Assembly (NCBI GenBank): GCA_964627095.1
Contig: CAZVKH010000003.1
Span: 21,248 to 85,247, forward strand
Length of the DNA: 64,000 nucleotides
DNA from: an uncultured Candidatus Saccharibacteria bacterium
Lineage (GTDB): Bacteria; Patescibacteriota; Saccharimonadia; Saccharimonadales; JAUPVS01
Direction: 5' to 3'
Shown here: one piece after another, positions 33,416 to 41,560 of the stretch
Numbering within the stretch: the stretch's first letter is position 1
How the letters are laid out: every line of letters starts with the position of its first letter
Position numbers and translations under genes: made by a program
Notes under the pieces: generated by a model
What the model was told of the DNA's origin: nothing
The model's input: only the letters and a program-made list of their open reading frames with translations
Databases searched by the model: none

Positions 33416-34747
33416 ATGCCCAAAAATATTTTCCAAAAAAGCGCCGAAGCGCCAGCCAAAATCCTCGATAAGAGCATCGAGCTAGGGCAACATCTTGGTC
33501 AGAAGATAAATCCGGTGTCTTATGCCGACATCATGTTCCGCAAAGACAAGCGGACTCGTCTATTCCTAGATTCGTCGCCCGAAAAGCGCATCGAGATTAT
33601 TCGTTCGGTTACGGTACCCGTTAAGCGTGATATTTTAGCCAAGATACCCGAAGAGGAAGTCGTTAGGCTAATCGAAGGCCTAGACCCCGACGAGGCCACC
33701 GATGTATTACAGCTAATGACCAAGCGCAAACGCGAAAAGGTTTTGCTACTTCTTAGTCAGGATTTAAAGGACTCTTTGTCGACACTACTAGAGTTCGATG
33801 CCGAGACCGCCGCCGGTTTAATGACCCTGGACTACATTCAAGTCAACGATACCGAAAGCGTGTCCGATGTCGCCCACCATTTTAGGCAACACGAAACCCG
33901 CACCGGCCGACCGCCGGTGATTTTAGTTTTTAAAGACGGTAAATTATGTGGTTTCTTGCCTGGCCATGAACTTGGCTTAGCAGCGAAAAGCGAGCTGATT
34001 AGCAAATATGTTAAGCGCATCCCTAGTATTTCTTACGCCGCCACCCACAAAGACGTGGAACGGGCCTTCCGCGCTCACCCCCACTCTAAAATCGCCGTAC
34101 TGAACGATTCTGGTAATGTGGTCGGTATTATTTATTCAGACGATATGCTGCAATTGCTGGAAGACCGTCAAGCCTCGTCTTTGTATAACTTTGCCGGTAT
34201 TAGCCAAGAAGAAAGCGTTACCGACTCGGCCAAGATGAAAATTAAGAATCGCTACCGCTGGTTAATTATTAACCTGGGGACAGCCTTTCTGGCCGCCTTT
34301 ACGGTTGGTATGTTCGAGGACACCCTCAACAAGTACGTTTTGCTAGCCGTCTACATGCCCATCGTGGCTGGCATGGGCGGTAACGCCGCCACCCAAACTC
34401 TGGCTGTTCAAGTAAGGGGTATTTCTTTAAAGCAGATTGAGCTCAAAACTGTCTGGAAAACACTGCGCAACGAGCTCGGAGCTGGCCTGGTCAATGGCCT
34501 AATTAACGGTGTCTTGGTAGCCGCCGTTGTCATACTGGTAAACCACGACTATAAAATCGCCTTTATCTTGGGCATCGCCATGGTAATTAACTTGGTGGTA
34601 GCTTCTTTCTTTGGAACAATTGTGCCGCTAATTATGGCCAAACTGGGCAAAGACCCAGCGGCTTCGGCTACCATCTTTATTACCACTGCCACCGACGTTC
34701 TAGGCTTCTTAGCCTTCCTAGGCTTGGCCACAATAGTATTAGGCTAG
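33416..34747 (+). CDS. mgtE: Magnesium transporter MgtE
   Basis: MgtE N-domain, CBS pair and a 5-TM C-terminus with GMGGNAATQ and TTATDVLGF. Confidence 0.9.
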   Translation: MPKNIFQKSAEAPAKILDKSIELGQHLGQKINPVSYADIMFRKDKRTRLFLDSSPEKRIEIIRSVTVPVKRDILAKIPEEEVVRLIEGLDPDEATDVLQLMTKRKREKVLLLLSQDLKDSLSTLLEFDAETAAGLMTLDYIQVNDTESVSDVAHHFRQHETRTGRPPVILVFKDGKLCGFLPGHELGLAAKSELISKYVKRIPSISYAATHKDVERAFRAHPHSKIAVLNDSGNVVGIIYSDDMLQLLEDRQASSLYNFAGISQEESVTDSAKMKIKNRYRWLIINLGTAFLAAFTVGMFEDTLNKYVLLAVYMPIVAGMGGNAATQTLAVQVRGISLKQIELKTVWKTLRNELGAGLVNGLINGVLVAAVVILVNHDYKIAFILGIAMVINLVVASFFGTIVPLIMAKLGKDPAASATIFITTATDVLGFLAFLGLATIVLG

Positions 34748-34751
34748 ATAC

Positions 34752-35066
34752 CTAGCTATCGAATTCTTCGTAGCCACCGCTATCAAGGTAGCCAGCTGGC
34801 CATGGCCCAAAGGCATACTGCATGGCCCGACCCGATGCAATTATCATTGCAAAACCAATTTTTCTAAATCGCTCGCGCCGATCGGCAACAACCAAACTCC
34901 TCTGAAACTCCTGTGAAGCCTGAGCCTCTTCTTGCCTAATCCGCTCCAATTCACCCTCGGCAGCTGCTCCTAGATACGCTTCGGCTTGAAGAACCAGCAA
35001 ACGGGTCTGTTCTTCAACGGAAATTTCATAATCCTCGGGGTGGACATTGATGTTTGGGTCTCTCAT
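34752..35066 (-). CDS. Hypothetical protein
   Basis: ORF only. Confidence 0.35.
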   Translation of the reverse strand: MRDPNINVHPEDYEISVEEQTRLLVLQAEAYLGAAAEGELERIRQEEAQASQEFQRSLVVADRRERFRKIGFAMIIASGRAMQYAFGPWPAGYLDSGGYEEFDS

Positions 35067-35090
35067 AATTTAGTGCATTGTAAGCAAACA

Positions 35091-35114
35091 AAAAGCCCAA
35101 GGCAAGCTTAGGCG
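35091..35114 (-). terminator. Probable rho-independent terminator after 35134..35970
   Basis: Imperfect hairpin GCCcAAG-gcaag-CTTaGGC with a T-run on the minus strand. Confidence 0.4.
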
Positions 35115-35133
35115 TTTTGAGTCTTCTTATTAA

Positions 35134-35970
35134 CTAGTTTATAGGCTCAAGGACACTTATACCGTACGTCTTCCAGACTCCAGAAACATTAGCCACGTTT
35201 ATACGACTCACATAGGGTTTATTCTGATTACTCTTATAACTTAAAGAAAAAACAGTGGCTTTTCCGCTAAATACAGTGGCGTCGACGCTATAGGCAAATT
35301 CTACTTTGCAATCAGATGGCTTGAGCGATCTAAATGACTTGTCGACTTCGGCTGGGTCATTTAGGGGGCTAGTATTTGAGTACTCTTTAGGAACCCAACT
35401 GGTTAATCCGGCTGAACCCCCGGCCAAAGCGGTTTTAACAGAGCTTTCGACCTGTTTGAGTGCCCCAGGGTCAATTTGCTTGGCATAGGTTTCGTTTGAC
35501 ACACAAGTAAACCCTGAGCTAGTAGTTTGAGCAGCAGACTTTTTAGAACTAGCCACTGGAGCCGGTGCCGGCTTAGGCGTGGACTGGGCAGTCGTAGGAG
35601 CTGGCGCGGTCGCTGCCGAAGGGCTGGCAGCAGATTCAGCCGCTATATTATCTGTAGCCGCTTTCTTATCGGTACTCTGAACTTTTTCGTTACTACCACT
35701 TCCCCTAACTGTATCTTGTTGAACCTTATAAACAAGACCCAAACCAACCACAATAACCAATAAAACAACAGCTGCCAGAACGAAATATTTTTTCGGGAAG
35801 CGTCGGTTTGGCTGCTCGGTCTGTATTATTGGTGCTGTCACATTATTTTCGGGCACAGCGTAACTAACCGGCTGCTGGGCGGGAATGATTGGCGGCCCTT
35901 CGGTAACTGGTTGTTGATAGGTTGGATTATTGTCAGGGTTCTGGGTTGGTGGTTGGTTATTTGGCTGCAT
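35134..35970 (-). CDS. Bitopic membrane protein with a Pro/Gln-rich N-terminus and an extracellular Ala/Pro/Ser linker plus a globular domain
   Basis: The composition and a single TM segment (YFVLAAVVLLVIVVGLGLV) are the only evidence. Confidence 0.5.
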   Translation of the reverse strand: MQPNNQPPTQNPDNNPTYQQPVTEGPPIIPAQQPVSYAVPENNVTAPIIQTEQPNRRFPKKYFVLAAVVLLVIVVGLGLVYKVQQDTVRGSGSNEKVQSTDKKAATDNIAAESAASPSAATAPAPTTAQSTPKPAPAPVASSKKSAAQTTSSGFTCVSNETYAKQIDPGALKQVESSVKTALAGGSAGLTSWVPKEYSNTSPLNDPAEVDKSFRSLKPSDCKVEFAYSVDATVFSGKATVFSLSYKSNQNKPYVSRINVANVSGVWKTYGISVLEPIN

Positions 35971-35973
35971 ATA

Positions 35974-36447
35974 CTACCAGGTGCACTCCGGTAAAACCTT
36001 GATATGGACTGTTTCAAGAACATACTGAACGCCATCCTTGGTTAACCCAGCGGCAGTGAAACCAGTAGTTGGTATTTCTACTTCTATGGCATTAACTTCA
36101 TCACCCCACCACTGCGTGACAGACTGTTTATTAACACCCTGCAATGTGCTTTCTATGCCCCTAGAACCGACTGGCTTTTTATAAATGTACATTGCCTTAG
36201 TTGGCTTACCGGGTGTTGTATTTTTGCAAGCCTTTATGGCCGTTCCCTTACCGTCATCGTAGATTGGCGTAATAAATAAGTTAGCAGCCTTGGCCTTAAG
36301 ATCATTGGCACGCCATTTGTTATAACCAAAGGAAGTTAACCCAATAACGACCACGCCAGTAGCAATAACTAGCAGAAGAGTCCTCCGTCGGCTGTTATTA
36401 CCAAGCCTGCCAACATTATGCGATGAAGTATTTGAAGGTTTATTCAT
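35974..36447 (-). CDS. Signal-anchored small extracellular protein, paralog of 36472..36984
   Basis: N-terminal TM anchor. It shares the WWG(D/G)EV-x-A-x-E(V/I) block and a C-terminal P-x-C motif with the neighbouring gene. Confidence 0.5.
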   Translation of the reverse strand: MNKPSNTSSHNVGRLGNNSRRRTLLLVIATGVVVIGLTSFGYNKWRANDLKAKAANLFITPIYDDGKGTAIKACKNTTPGKPTKAMYIYKKPVGSRGIESTLQGVNKQSVTQWWGDEVNAIEVEIPTTGFTAAGLTKDGVQYVLETVHIKVLPECTW

Positions 36448-36471
36448 ATATACATACTAAGTATCTTCGAC

Positions 36472-36984
36472 TCAGCCATTACAATTTGGCACACCTACAC
36501 GATAGACTGTATCAAGAAACATATACTTGCCATCGGACGGCCTATACAAGCCCACTGCCACTGATGTGGCGGAATCGATTTCTCTTGCCTGAACCTCTCC
36601 GCCCCACCACGACTGATTACGGTCAAACTCTACCGAATTACCCGCCGACGCAACCCCACTCCATAACGTATACTCGGTATCCTTACCAAAGATTATTACA
36701 ATCTTGTTGCCCCGCATACAGGCGACTATCCTCATCGTCCTACCATCGCCATCGCCGTCCGGAGCCTCCCAAATCTGCTTAACATTGACGCTGCCAGCTT
36801 TAGCTTTCAGCTTATTTGTTGTGGTTTTATCAAGGATATACGCCCCAATAACTGTTGCTATAAATACAATAACTAATACAGCTAGTATTTTTATTAACAG
36901 TGATGTCTTTTTTGCACTGCTGACGTTAACTGCTTTTGATTGTGATTTTTGCTTGTTAGAAGGTTTTTTTGATTTTAGTGACAT
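36472..36984 (-). CDS. Signal-anchored small extracellular protein, paralog of 35974..36447
   Basis: The same architecture as its neighbour. The ATG at 36984 (MSLKSKKPSNKQ) is preferred over the ORF-track start at 37059. Confidence 0.5.
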   Translation of the reverse strand: MSLKSKKPSNKQKSQSKAVNVSSAKKTSLLIKILAVLVIVFIATVIGAYILDKTTTNKLKAKAGSVNVKQIWEAPDGDGDGRTMRIVACMRGNKIVIIFGKDTEYTLWSGVASAGNSVEFDRNQSWWGGEVQAREIDSATSVAVGLYRPSDGKYMFLDTVYRVGVPNCNG

Positions 36985-37057
36985 TATTTTGCCTATTTTT
37001 ATATTTTGATTATAGCTTTGATTGTATTCCGTATTAGGGCTCCGTGTCAAACTGACC

Positions 37058-37085
37058 AAAATAAAATACCCCAGTCAAGCTGGGG
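37058..37085 (-). terminator. Hairpin plus T-run immediately downstream (on the minus strand) of the tRNA-Glu 3'-end remnant, read as the orphaned tRNA terminator
   Basis: CCCCAG-tcaag-CTGGGG at 37069-37085, followed on the minus strand by tattttatttt. No gene ends here in the present arrangement. Confidence 0.55.
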
Positions 37086-37094
37086 AACTTTATT

Positions 37095-37111
37095 TGGTGA
37101 GCTCTAGGGGA
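37095..37111 (-). repeat. Degenerate copy of the tRNA-Glu 3' end (candidate att-site repeat, left junction)
   Basis: TGGTGAgCTCtAGGGGA against TGGTGAcCTCaAGGGGA at 60776-60792. That is 15 of 17 identical in the same orientation. Weaker gapped similarity continues to about 37133 (GAACaCCCTAT against GAACCCCTAT). Confidence 0.6.
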
Positions 37112-37193
37112 TTTTTCTGGAACACCCTATACAAAGGTATTCTAGATTTAGACGCTAAGCTTGTCGAGCTTGGAATAGATGAGGAGATGCAAG

Positions 37194-37679
37194 ATGTTTA
37201 AACTTCTCCGCAAGAAAACTGTTCCAGGGCAAGATCTGCTAGACTCACAGCTATTCGATGAGAGTACTTTTTATAAGGCTTTTTCCAGAGATCTTAAAAG
37301 CGCTAGGAGCAACGTCATTATCGAAAGCCCATACCTGACCGAAAAAAGAGCCCTTCAGTTAGCTAGAACGTTAAAACGCCTAAAGAAGAACCGAGTTAAA
37401 GTCAGAGTTAATACTAGAGAACCAAGGCATCACGACAAGCACCTTGAGATACAAGCTTGGAAAGCCATTAAGGTTTTGCGAAAATCTGGCGTTAAGGTTT
37501 ATGTTTGTAGTGACCTGAGGCACAGAAAGTTGGCGATCATAGATAACCAAATACTTTGGGATGGCAGCCTGAACATACTCTCGCAGTCCAATAGTAAAGA
37601 GGTTATGCGCAGAACAGCCTCGGCTACTCTATGCAAGCAAATGGCGTGTTTTACAAGATTAAATAATAGGTATTGGTGA
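37194..37679 (+). CDS. Single-HKD phospholipase D family protein (Nuc-like nuclease)
   Basis: HKD motif HRKLAIIDNQILWDGSLNILSQS. GAGGAG lies 7 nt before the ATG at 37194. Confidence 0.7.
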   Translation: MFKLLRKKTVPGQDLLDSQLFDESTFYKAFSRDLKSARSNVIIESPYLTEKRALQLARTLKRLKKNRVKVRVNTREPRHHDKHLEIQAWKAIKVLRKSGVKVYVCSDLRHRKLAIIDNQILWDGSLNILSQSNSKEVMRRTASATLCKQMACFTRLNNRYW

Positions 37680-37683
37680 TATT

Positions 37684-37893
37684 ATGGATAAGATGAGTGG
37701 ATACGAAATTACAGAGCAAGACATACAGTCAGTTGTTAAGTGGCTCAAAGACCGTGATCCAGCAAACGCAAATGAAGAGTTTGCCAAAGAAATGCTATTG
37801 GCGATGAAAATGAGCTATAGAGAAATCGGACAAGCTGACCCCGATGCTTTGGAGAAGTTTTATACAAACTTTAAGCAAATAAACCAAAACTAA
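37684..37893 (+). CDS. Hypothetical small protein
   Basis: 69-aa ORF located 4 nt after the PLD gene. Confidence 0.4.
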   Translation: MDKMSGYEITEQDIQSVVKWLKDRDPANANEEFAKEMLLAMKMSYREIGQADPDALEKFYTNFKQINQN

Positions 37894-37961
37894 CAGTCAG
37901 TTGGAGTTCTGTATCTGGAGTTAATATTTACAAACTCCCTGTAACATTGTATTGTTATTTT

Positions 37962-38408
37962 ATGTTTGACTTTGATGACACCTCCCCTAACCGGTACGAA
38001 GGCATGTCAATTCAAGAAATCATTGATGAAGCACTTGGTAGGTTAGATGCAATTGTTTTATCCCCTGAACAGGCAAAAAGAATATTGCCTTACCGACTAG
38101 AGATGCTAGGCAAGGTAATGGAAACACTAGAGCCAGACGAGTTCGTGAGTGATGAAATATACGCACTGGCAGAAATTGCTGCAAGTACTGAACCCAGATC
38201 GTTCGGTGAAGTGTTTAGGCGTTACCACATTAGTTCGGCAGACCAGCTTGGTATGGGAGGTGTGCACGAAACAAGCCTAGCAAATGATTACGAGGGCGCC
38301 GGTGAAAATCAGGGTGTTATTTGGAGCGAAATTGCATTTCAGGAAGTTGGCATTCAAAACGGATGGCGAGAGCCATTTGCGCCGTATGAAGGCATGACTG
38401 ACAACTAA
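37962..38408 (+). CDS. Hypothetical strongly acidic protein
   Basis: By my count there are about 29 Asp/Glu against about 10 Arg/Lys. The start is uncertain (TTG at 37947 or ATG at 37962). Confidence 0.4.
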   Translation: MFDFDDTSPNRYEGMSIQEIIDEALGRLDAIVLSPEQAKRILPYRLEMLGKVMETLEPDEFVSDEIYALAEIAASTEPRSFGEVFRRYHISSADQLGMGGVHETSLANDYEGAGENQGVIWSEIAFQEVGIQNGWREPFAPYEGMTDN

Positions 38409-38620
38409 AACGGCAAAACGTCTGAAGCTTTCACGCCCAACGCCTTAACGAGACGCTCCAGCATCTTCAGGGAAGGCATTACTTCTCCACGCTCAACCTT
38501 GGCGTAATAGTTGTCTTTAGTGCCAGCTTTTTTAGCTACTTCGAGCTGAGTCATGTCTTTCTCCATGCGTGCTTGTTTCAGGTTCTTGGCAATACTTGCT
38601 TTAATGCTTGTCTCATTCAT
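38405..38620 (-). CDS. XRE family helix-turn-helix transcriptional regulator
   Basis: 71 aa with MTQLEVAKKAGTKDNYYAKVERGEVMPSLKMLERLVKALGV, typical of HTH_3. Confidence 0.8.
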   Translation of the reverse strand: MNETSIKASIAKNLKQARMEKDMTQLEVAKKAGTKDNYYAKVERGEVMPSLKMLERLVKALGVKASDVLPF

Positions 38621-38866
38621 TTGGATATAGTATAAACGTATAAGTTTCGTTAGTCTAACCCCAGTAAACCACGAGCATTATCAGGGGTTTTGTTGTAATT
38701 TTAATCTACCTCTAATCTTGTAGTTTTTGTAAAACGCTTCCCTCTGGTAATATGCTTACTTTTTGAAGCTACTTTACCCCATATAAACATAAGTATTATG
38801 TAATAATGCTTGCGTTCTGGCAAGTTATTGTGATATTTTCTGGGTGTAATAATCAGGGAGGAAGGT

Positions 38867-39208
38867 ATGCGAAGCAAAAAACTACTGTTTATAGCAATAC
38901 TAGTAGCATTTGGGCTGCCGATTATCCTCCCCGACGCAGCCTTAGCGCAAGGCTCGGGTGATGTCGGACAAGTCGAAAGCTTTATCCGCAACGTCATCCA
39001 GGTCATAGCAGGATTAGCCGGTCTCATAGCGACCGGCTTTTTTGTTGTCGGGGGTTTTGGATACATCACCAGCTCGGGCAATCCGGAGAATCTTGAAAAG
39101 TCCAAGCGGACTATCATCTTCTCAGCGACAGGGTTAGCCATAACCATAGGGGCGTTTGTGCTCAGTAACATCGTTACTGGGCTAGCATCTAACGCCTTTG
39201 GAGGGTAA
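38867..39208 (+). CDS. TrbC/VirB2-like T4SS pilin
   Basis: Signal peptide ending AALAQG and two hydrophobic helices flanking YITSSGNPENLEKSKR. Strong RBS GGGAGGAAGG. It is the first gene of the T4SS operon. Confidence 0.6.
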   Translation: MRSKKLLFIAILVAFGLPIILPDAALAQGSGDVGQVESFIRNVIQVIAGLAGLIATGFFVVGGFGYITSSGNPENLEKSKRTIIFSATGLAITIGAFVLSNIVTGLASNAFGG

Positions 39209-39214
39209 GCGAAG

Positions 39215-40474
39215 ATGGATTTTGCCACTCAAGCAGTAACTTGGGTGGCACAGTTTGCCGCCATCAATGCTGATGTTCAAAACTACCTAAAACCCCTGAT
39301 GCTCAGTCTGATTGGGCTGGCAGGCGTAGTTTCAACATTCTTTATTGTCACCGCTGGCATCGAGTATATGACTAGTGCTGGGCATCCAGAGAAGTTAGGT
39401 CACGCAAAGAGAGTTCTACGCAATGCAATTATCGGACTGGTTATTGTTATTGCAGCCGGAACCTTGACCGCCATTCTTTCCTCTGCCTATAACGATGCTG
39501 GCGGTTCAAATATAACCAACATTCCAGCACTTACCCCTGTCGATACCCAGGATGGTGGCGGTGGCATAACCGAAGTGCTGATTAACGCCATTATTGGCTT
39601 GTTCAAACACATAATTGAGACGGCTGGAAAGCCGTTTATTAGTGCGCTGGACTTCTTTACGCACAGTACGCCACTGATGGCTGATAACCCCAGTGTCTTT
39701 AATCTTTGGTTGACAGTTGTCGGTATTGCCAACGCATTGTTCGTGCTGGTTGTGGCACTTCTGGGCTTCCATGTCATGAGCGCTGCTAGCCTAGGGCTGG
39801 ATGAGATTGAATTCAAGCACTTGCTTCCTAGGCTTGGCGCCACATTCCTGCTCATGAACATGTCCATCTTTGCCATTGATATCGTGATTAGCCTATCAAA
39901 TATCATGATAAAAGCTATTGAAAATGCCTATAACTCACTGAATGTTTGGGATGCGCTCGGTGGCGTAGCTGACGGCGCTGGTAGCCAAGGACTAGTCGCA
40001 CTGCTGGTCATGATTGTATTCATGATACTGGCTGCAATTCTGCTGATCTACTACGTCATGCGTATTGTAACGCTTTACGTGGGAGCTATTTTGTCGCCAG
40101 TTGTCATTATGCTTCAGGTGTTGCCAGGCTTTCGGGACTTTACGGCTACGGCTATTAAAACCTACTTCACAACTGTGTTTGTGCTGTTTGTGCACGTCAT
40201 TATCCTGACCCTGGCTGCGTCGCTGTTTAATGGCTTGCGTAACGATGGTGCCGAACAGCCATACGATCCTGTTATGGCCATGGTTATTGGTATTGCCTCG
40301 ATTATAGCCCTACTGAAAACCCAAGGCGTCATGATGCAGCTTAGTTACGTTAGTGTCGGCCCAAGAGCCCTCAGAAAACTTGGTGGTCAGTTTATAAACG
40401 GCGTGAGCTACACCAGCAACAAAGTCAAAGCCGCCCGAAACGTAAGACCCGTGAAAGGAACAGCAACCAAATGA
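39215..40474 (+). CDS. VirB6/TrbL-like polytopic membrane protein with an N-terminal VirB2-like pilin module
   Basis: Residues 1-95 repeat the pilin pattern of the upstream gene (AGIEYMTSAGHPEKLGHAKR against GFGYITSSGNPENLEKSKR). They are followed by about 6 TM helices. Confidence 0.55.
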   Translation: MDFATQAVTWVAQFAAINADVQNYLKPLMLSLIGLAGVVSTFFIVTAGIEYMTSAGHPEKLGHAKRVLRNAIIGLVIVIAAGTLTAILSSAYNDAGGSNITNIPALTPVDTQDGGGGITEVLINAIIGLFKHIIETAGKPFISALDFFTHSTPLMADNPSVFNLWLTVVGIANALFVLVVALLGFHVMSAASLGLDEIEFKHLLPRLGATFLLMNMSIFAIDIVISLSNIMIKAIENAYNSLNVWDALGGVADGAGSQGLVALLVMIVFMILAAILLIYYVMRIVTLYVGAILSPVVIMLQVLPGFRDFTATAIKTYFTTVFVLFVHVIILTLAASLFNGLRNDGAEQPYDPVMAMVIGIASIIALLKTQGVMMQLSYVSVGPRALRKLGGQFINGVSYTSNKVKAARNVRPVKGTATK

Positions 40475-40974
40475 AAACCACTGTCGTACCAGCCCAAATA
40501 ACTACTGTCGAGGATAAGATTGCTGGCAACCTCAACTTTACTCAGCTTTTACTGTTGATAGCGCCGATATTCCTTGGTGGCGCTGTCTATGCCTTTATGC
40601 CACCCGTTATTAGCTACACACTGCCAAAGACTGTCATAGTCATTTTACTGGCTCTAATTTGCATAACCCTAGCCATTCGTATTAAGGGTCATCTGATCCT
40701 GGAATGGATCGGTATTAAGTCTAGATATAACTTGCGGCCAAAGCGCTATGTCTATAACAAGAATGATATTTTTCTTCGCAAGGTTGAACAAAATAATGCC
40801 GATACTAAGCCAAAGAAAGCTCAGATCAAGAAAACCAAGATCAAGCTGGAGCCACGAACTGCACTACCCAAACTGATACAAATTGAACACATGATCACTG
40901 ACCCAAAGTCAGACTTTCACTTTAAGGCCAATAGAAAAGGAGGACTCAGTGTCCATATTAAGGAAGTCAAATAA
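40471..40974 (+). CDS. PrgI/VirB3-like T4SS membrane protein
   Basis: The N-terminus VPAQITTVEDKIAGNLNFTQLLLL plus two TM helices matches the PrgI-family pattern. It lies directly upstream of VirB4. Confidence 0.5.
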   Translation: MKTTVVPAQITTVEDKIAGNLNFTQLLLLIAPIFLGGAVYAFMPPVISYTLPKTVIVILLALICITLAIRIKGHLILEWIGIKSRYNLRPKRYVYNKNDIFLRKVEQNNADTKPKKAQIKKTKIKLEPRTALPKLIQIEHMITDPKSDFHFKANRKGGLSVHIKEVK

Positions 40975-41560
40975 GAAGCAGTCGTCAAGGCGACAGATCC
41001 GCATTGAGGGTGTGCGTGATGGTATTCTGATTCTTCCGGGTGGTCAGTACCGTGTGATCTTACAGATTTCGTCAATCAACTTCGAACTGATGAGCGAAGA
41101 CGAACAGGATGCCATTATTGACGCCTACCAGAACTTCCTCAACTCCCTTAATAATCCATTCCAAATTTTAGTTCGGGTGCGAGAACTCGATATGGACAAG
41201 TACTTAGAGGACTTTGCTGGCAGGGTTTCAAGCGAGAAAACTAAAGTCTATAAAGACCAAGCTAAAAACTACACCGACTTCGTAAAAGGTCTGGTTTCTA
41301 CAAACAAGATCCTATCTAGAAGCTTTTATATCGTTTTACCTTACAGCGCCAAGGACAAAGACTTCTCAGAAGTCCGTGAGCAACTACGCATGCGCGTTGG
41401 CATTACAACAAAGGGCTTAGGCAAACTAGGCATGCAGACCAGTCGGTTAAACAGTCTTGACGCTTTAGATTTGTTCTACAGCTTCTACAACCCCGCTCGA
41501 GCCAAGCGCCAACCACTCAAAGACCAAACGATGAGCATGCTAGAGAGGAGCTACCTATGA
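40949..41560 (+). CDS. VirB4-family ATPase, N-terminal portion as a separate ORF
   Basis: GTG start. IRIEGVRDGILILPGGQYRVILQISSINFELMSEDEQDAIIDAYQNFLNSL resembles the N-terminal region of Gram-positive VirB4 proteins (TrsE/PrgJ/ConE). Its stop overlaps the next ATG (ATGA). Confidence 0.6.
   Translation: MSILRKSNKKQSSRRQIRIEGVRDGILILPGGQYRVILQISSINFELMSEDEQDAIIDAYQNFLNSLNNPFQILVRVRELDMDKYLEDFAGRVSSEKTKVYKDQAKNYTDFVKGLVSTNKILSRSFYIVLPYSAKDKDFSEVREQLRMRVGITTKGLGKLGMQTSRLNSLDALDLFYSFYNPARAKRQPLKDQTMSMLERSYL

Noticed and set aside
38621-38866. Candidate oriT in the 246-nt region upstream of the T4SS operon, including the imperfect AACCCCAG...CAGGGGTT inverted repeat
   Set aside because: The repeats are short or imperfect and I cannot identify a nic-site consensus without a known relaxase family. 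The hairpin plus T-run may simply terminate read-through from the upstream plus-strand genes. I left it unannotated.
38701-39228. 175-aa ORF on the minus strand across the pilin gene region
   Set aside because: It lies antisense to a well-supported pilin gene with a strong RBS and has low-complexity composition. It is most likely a shadow ORF.
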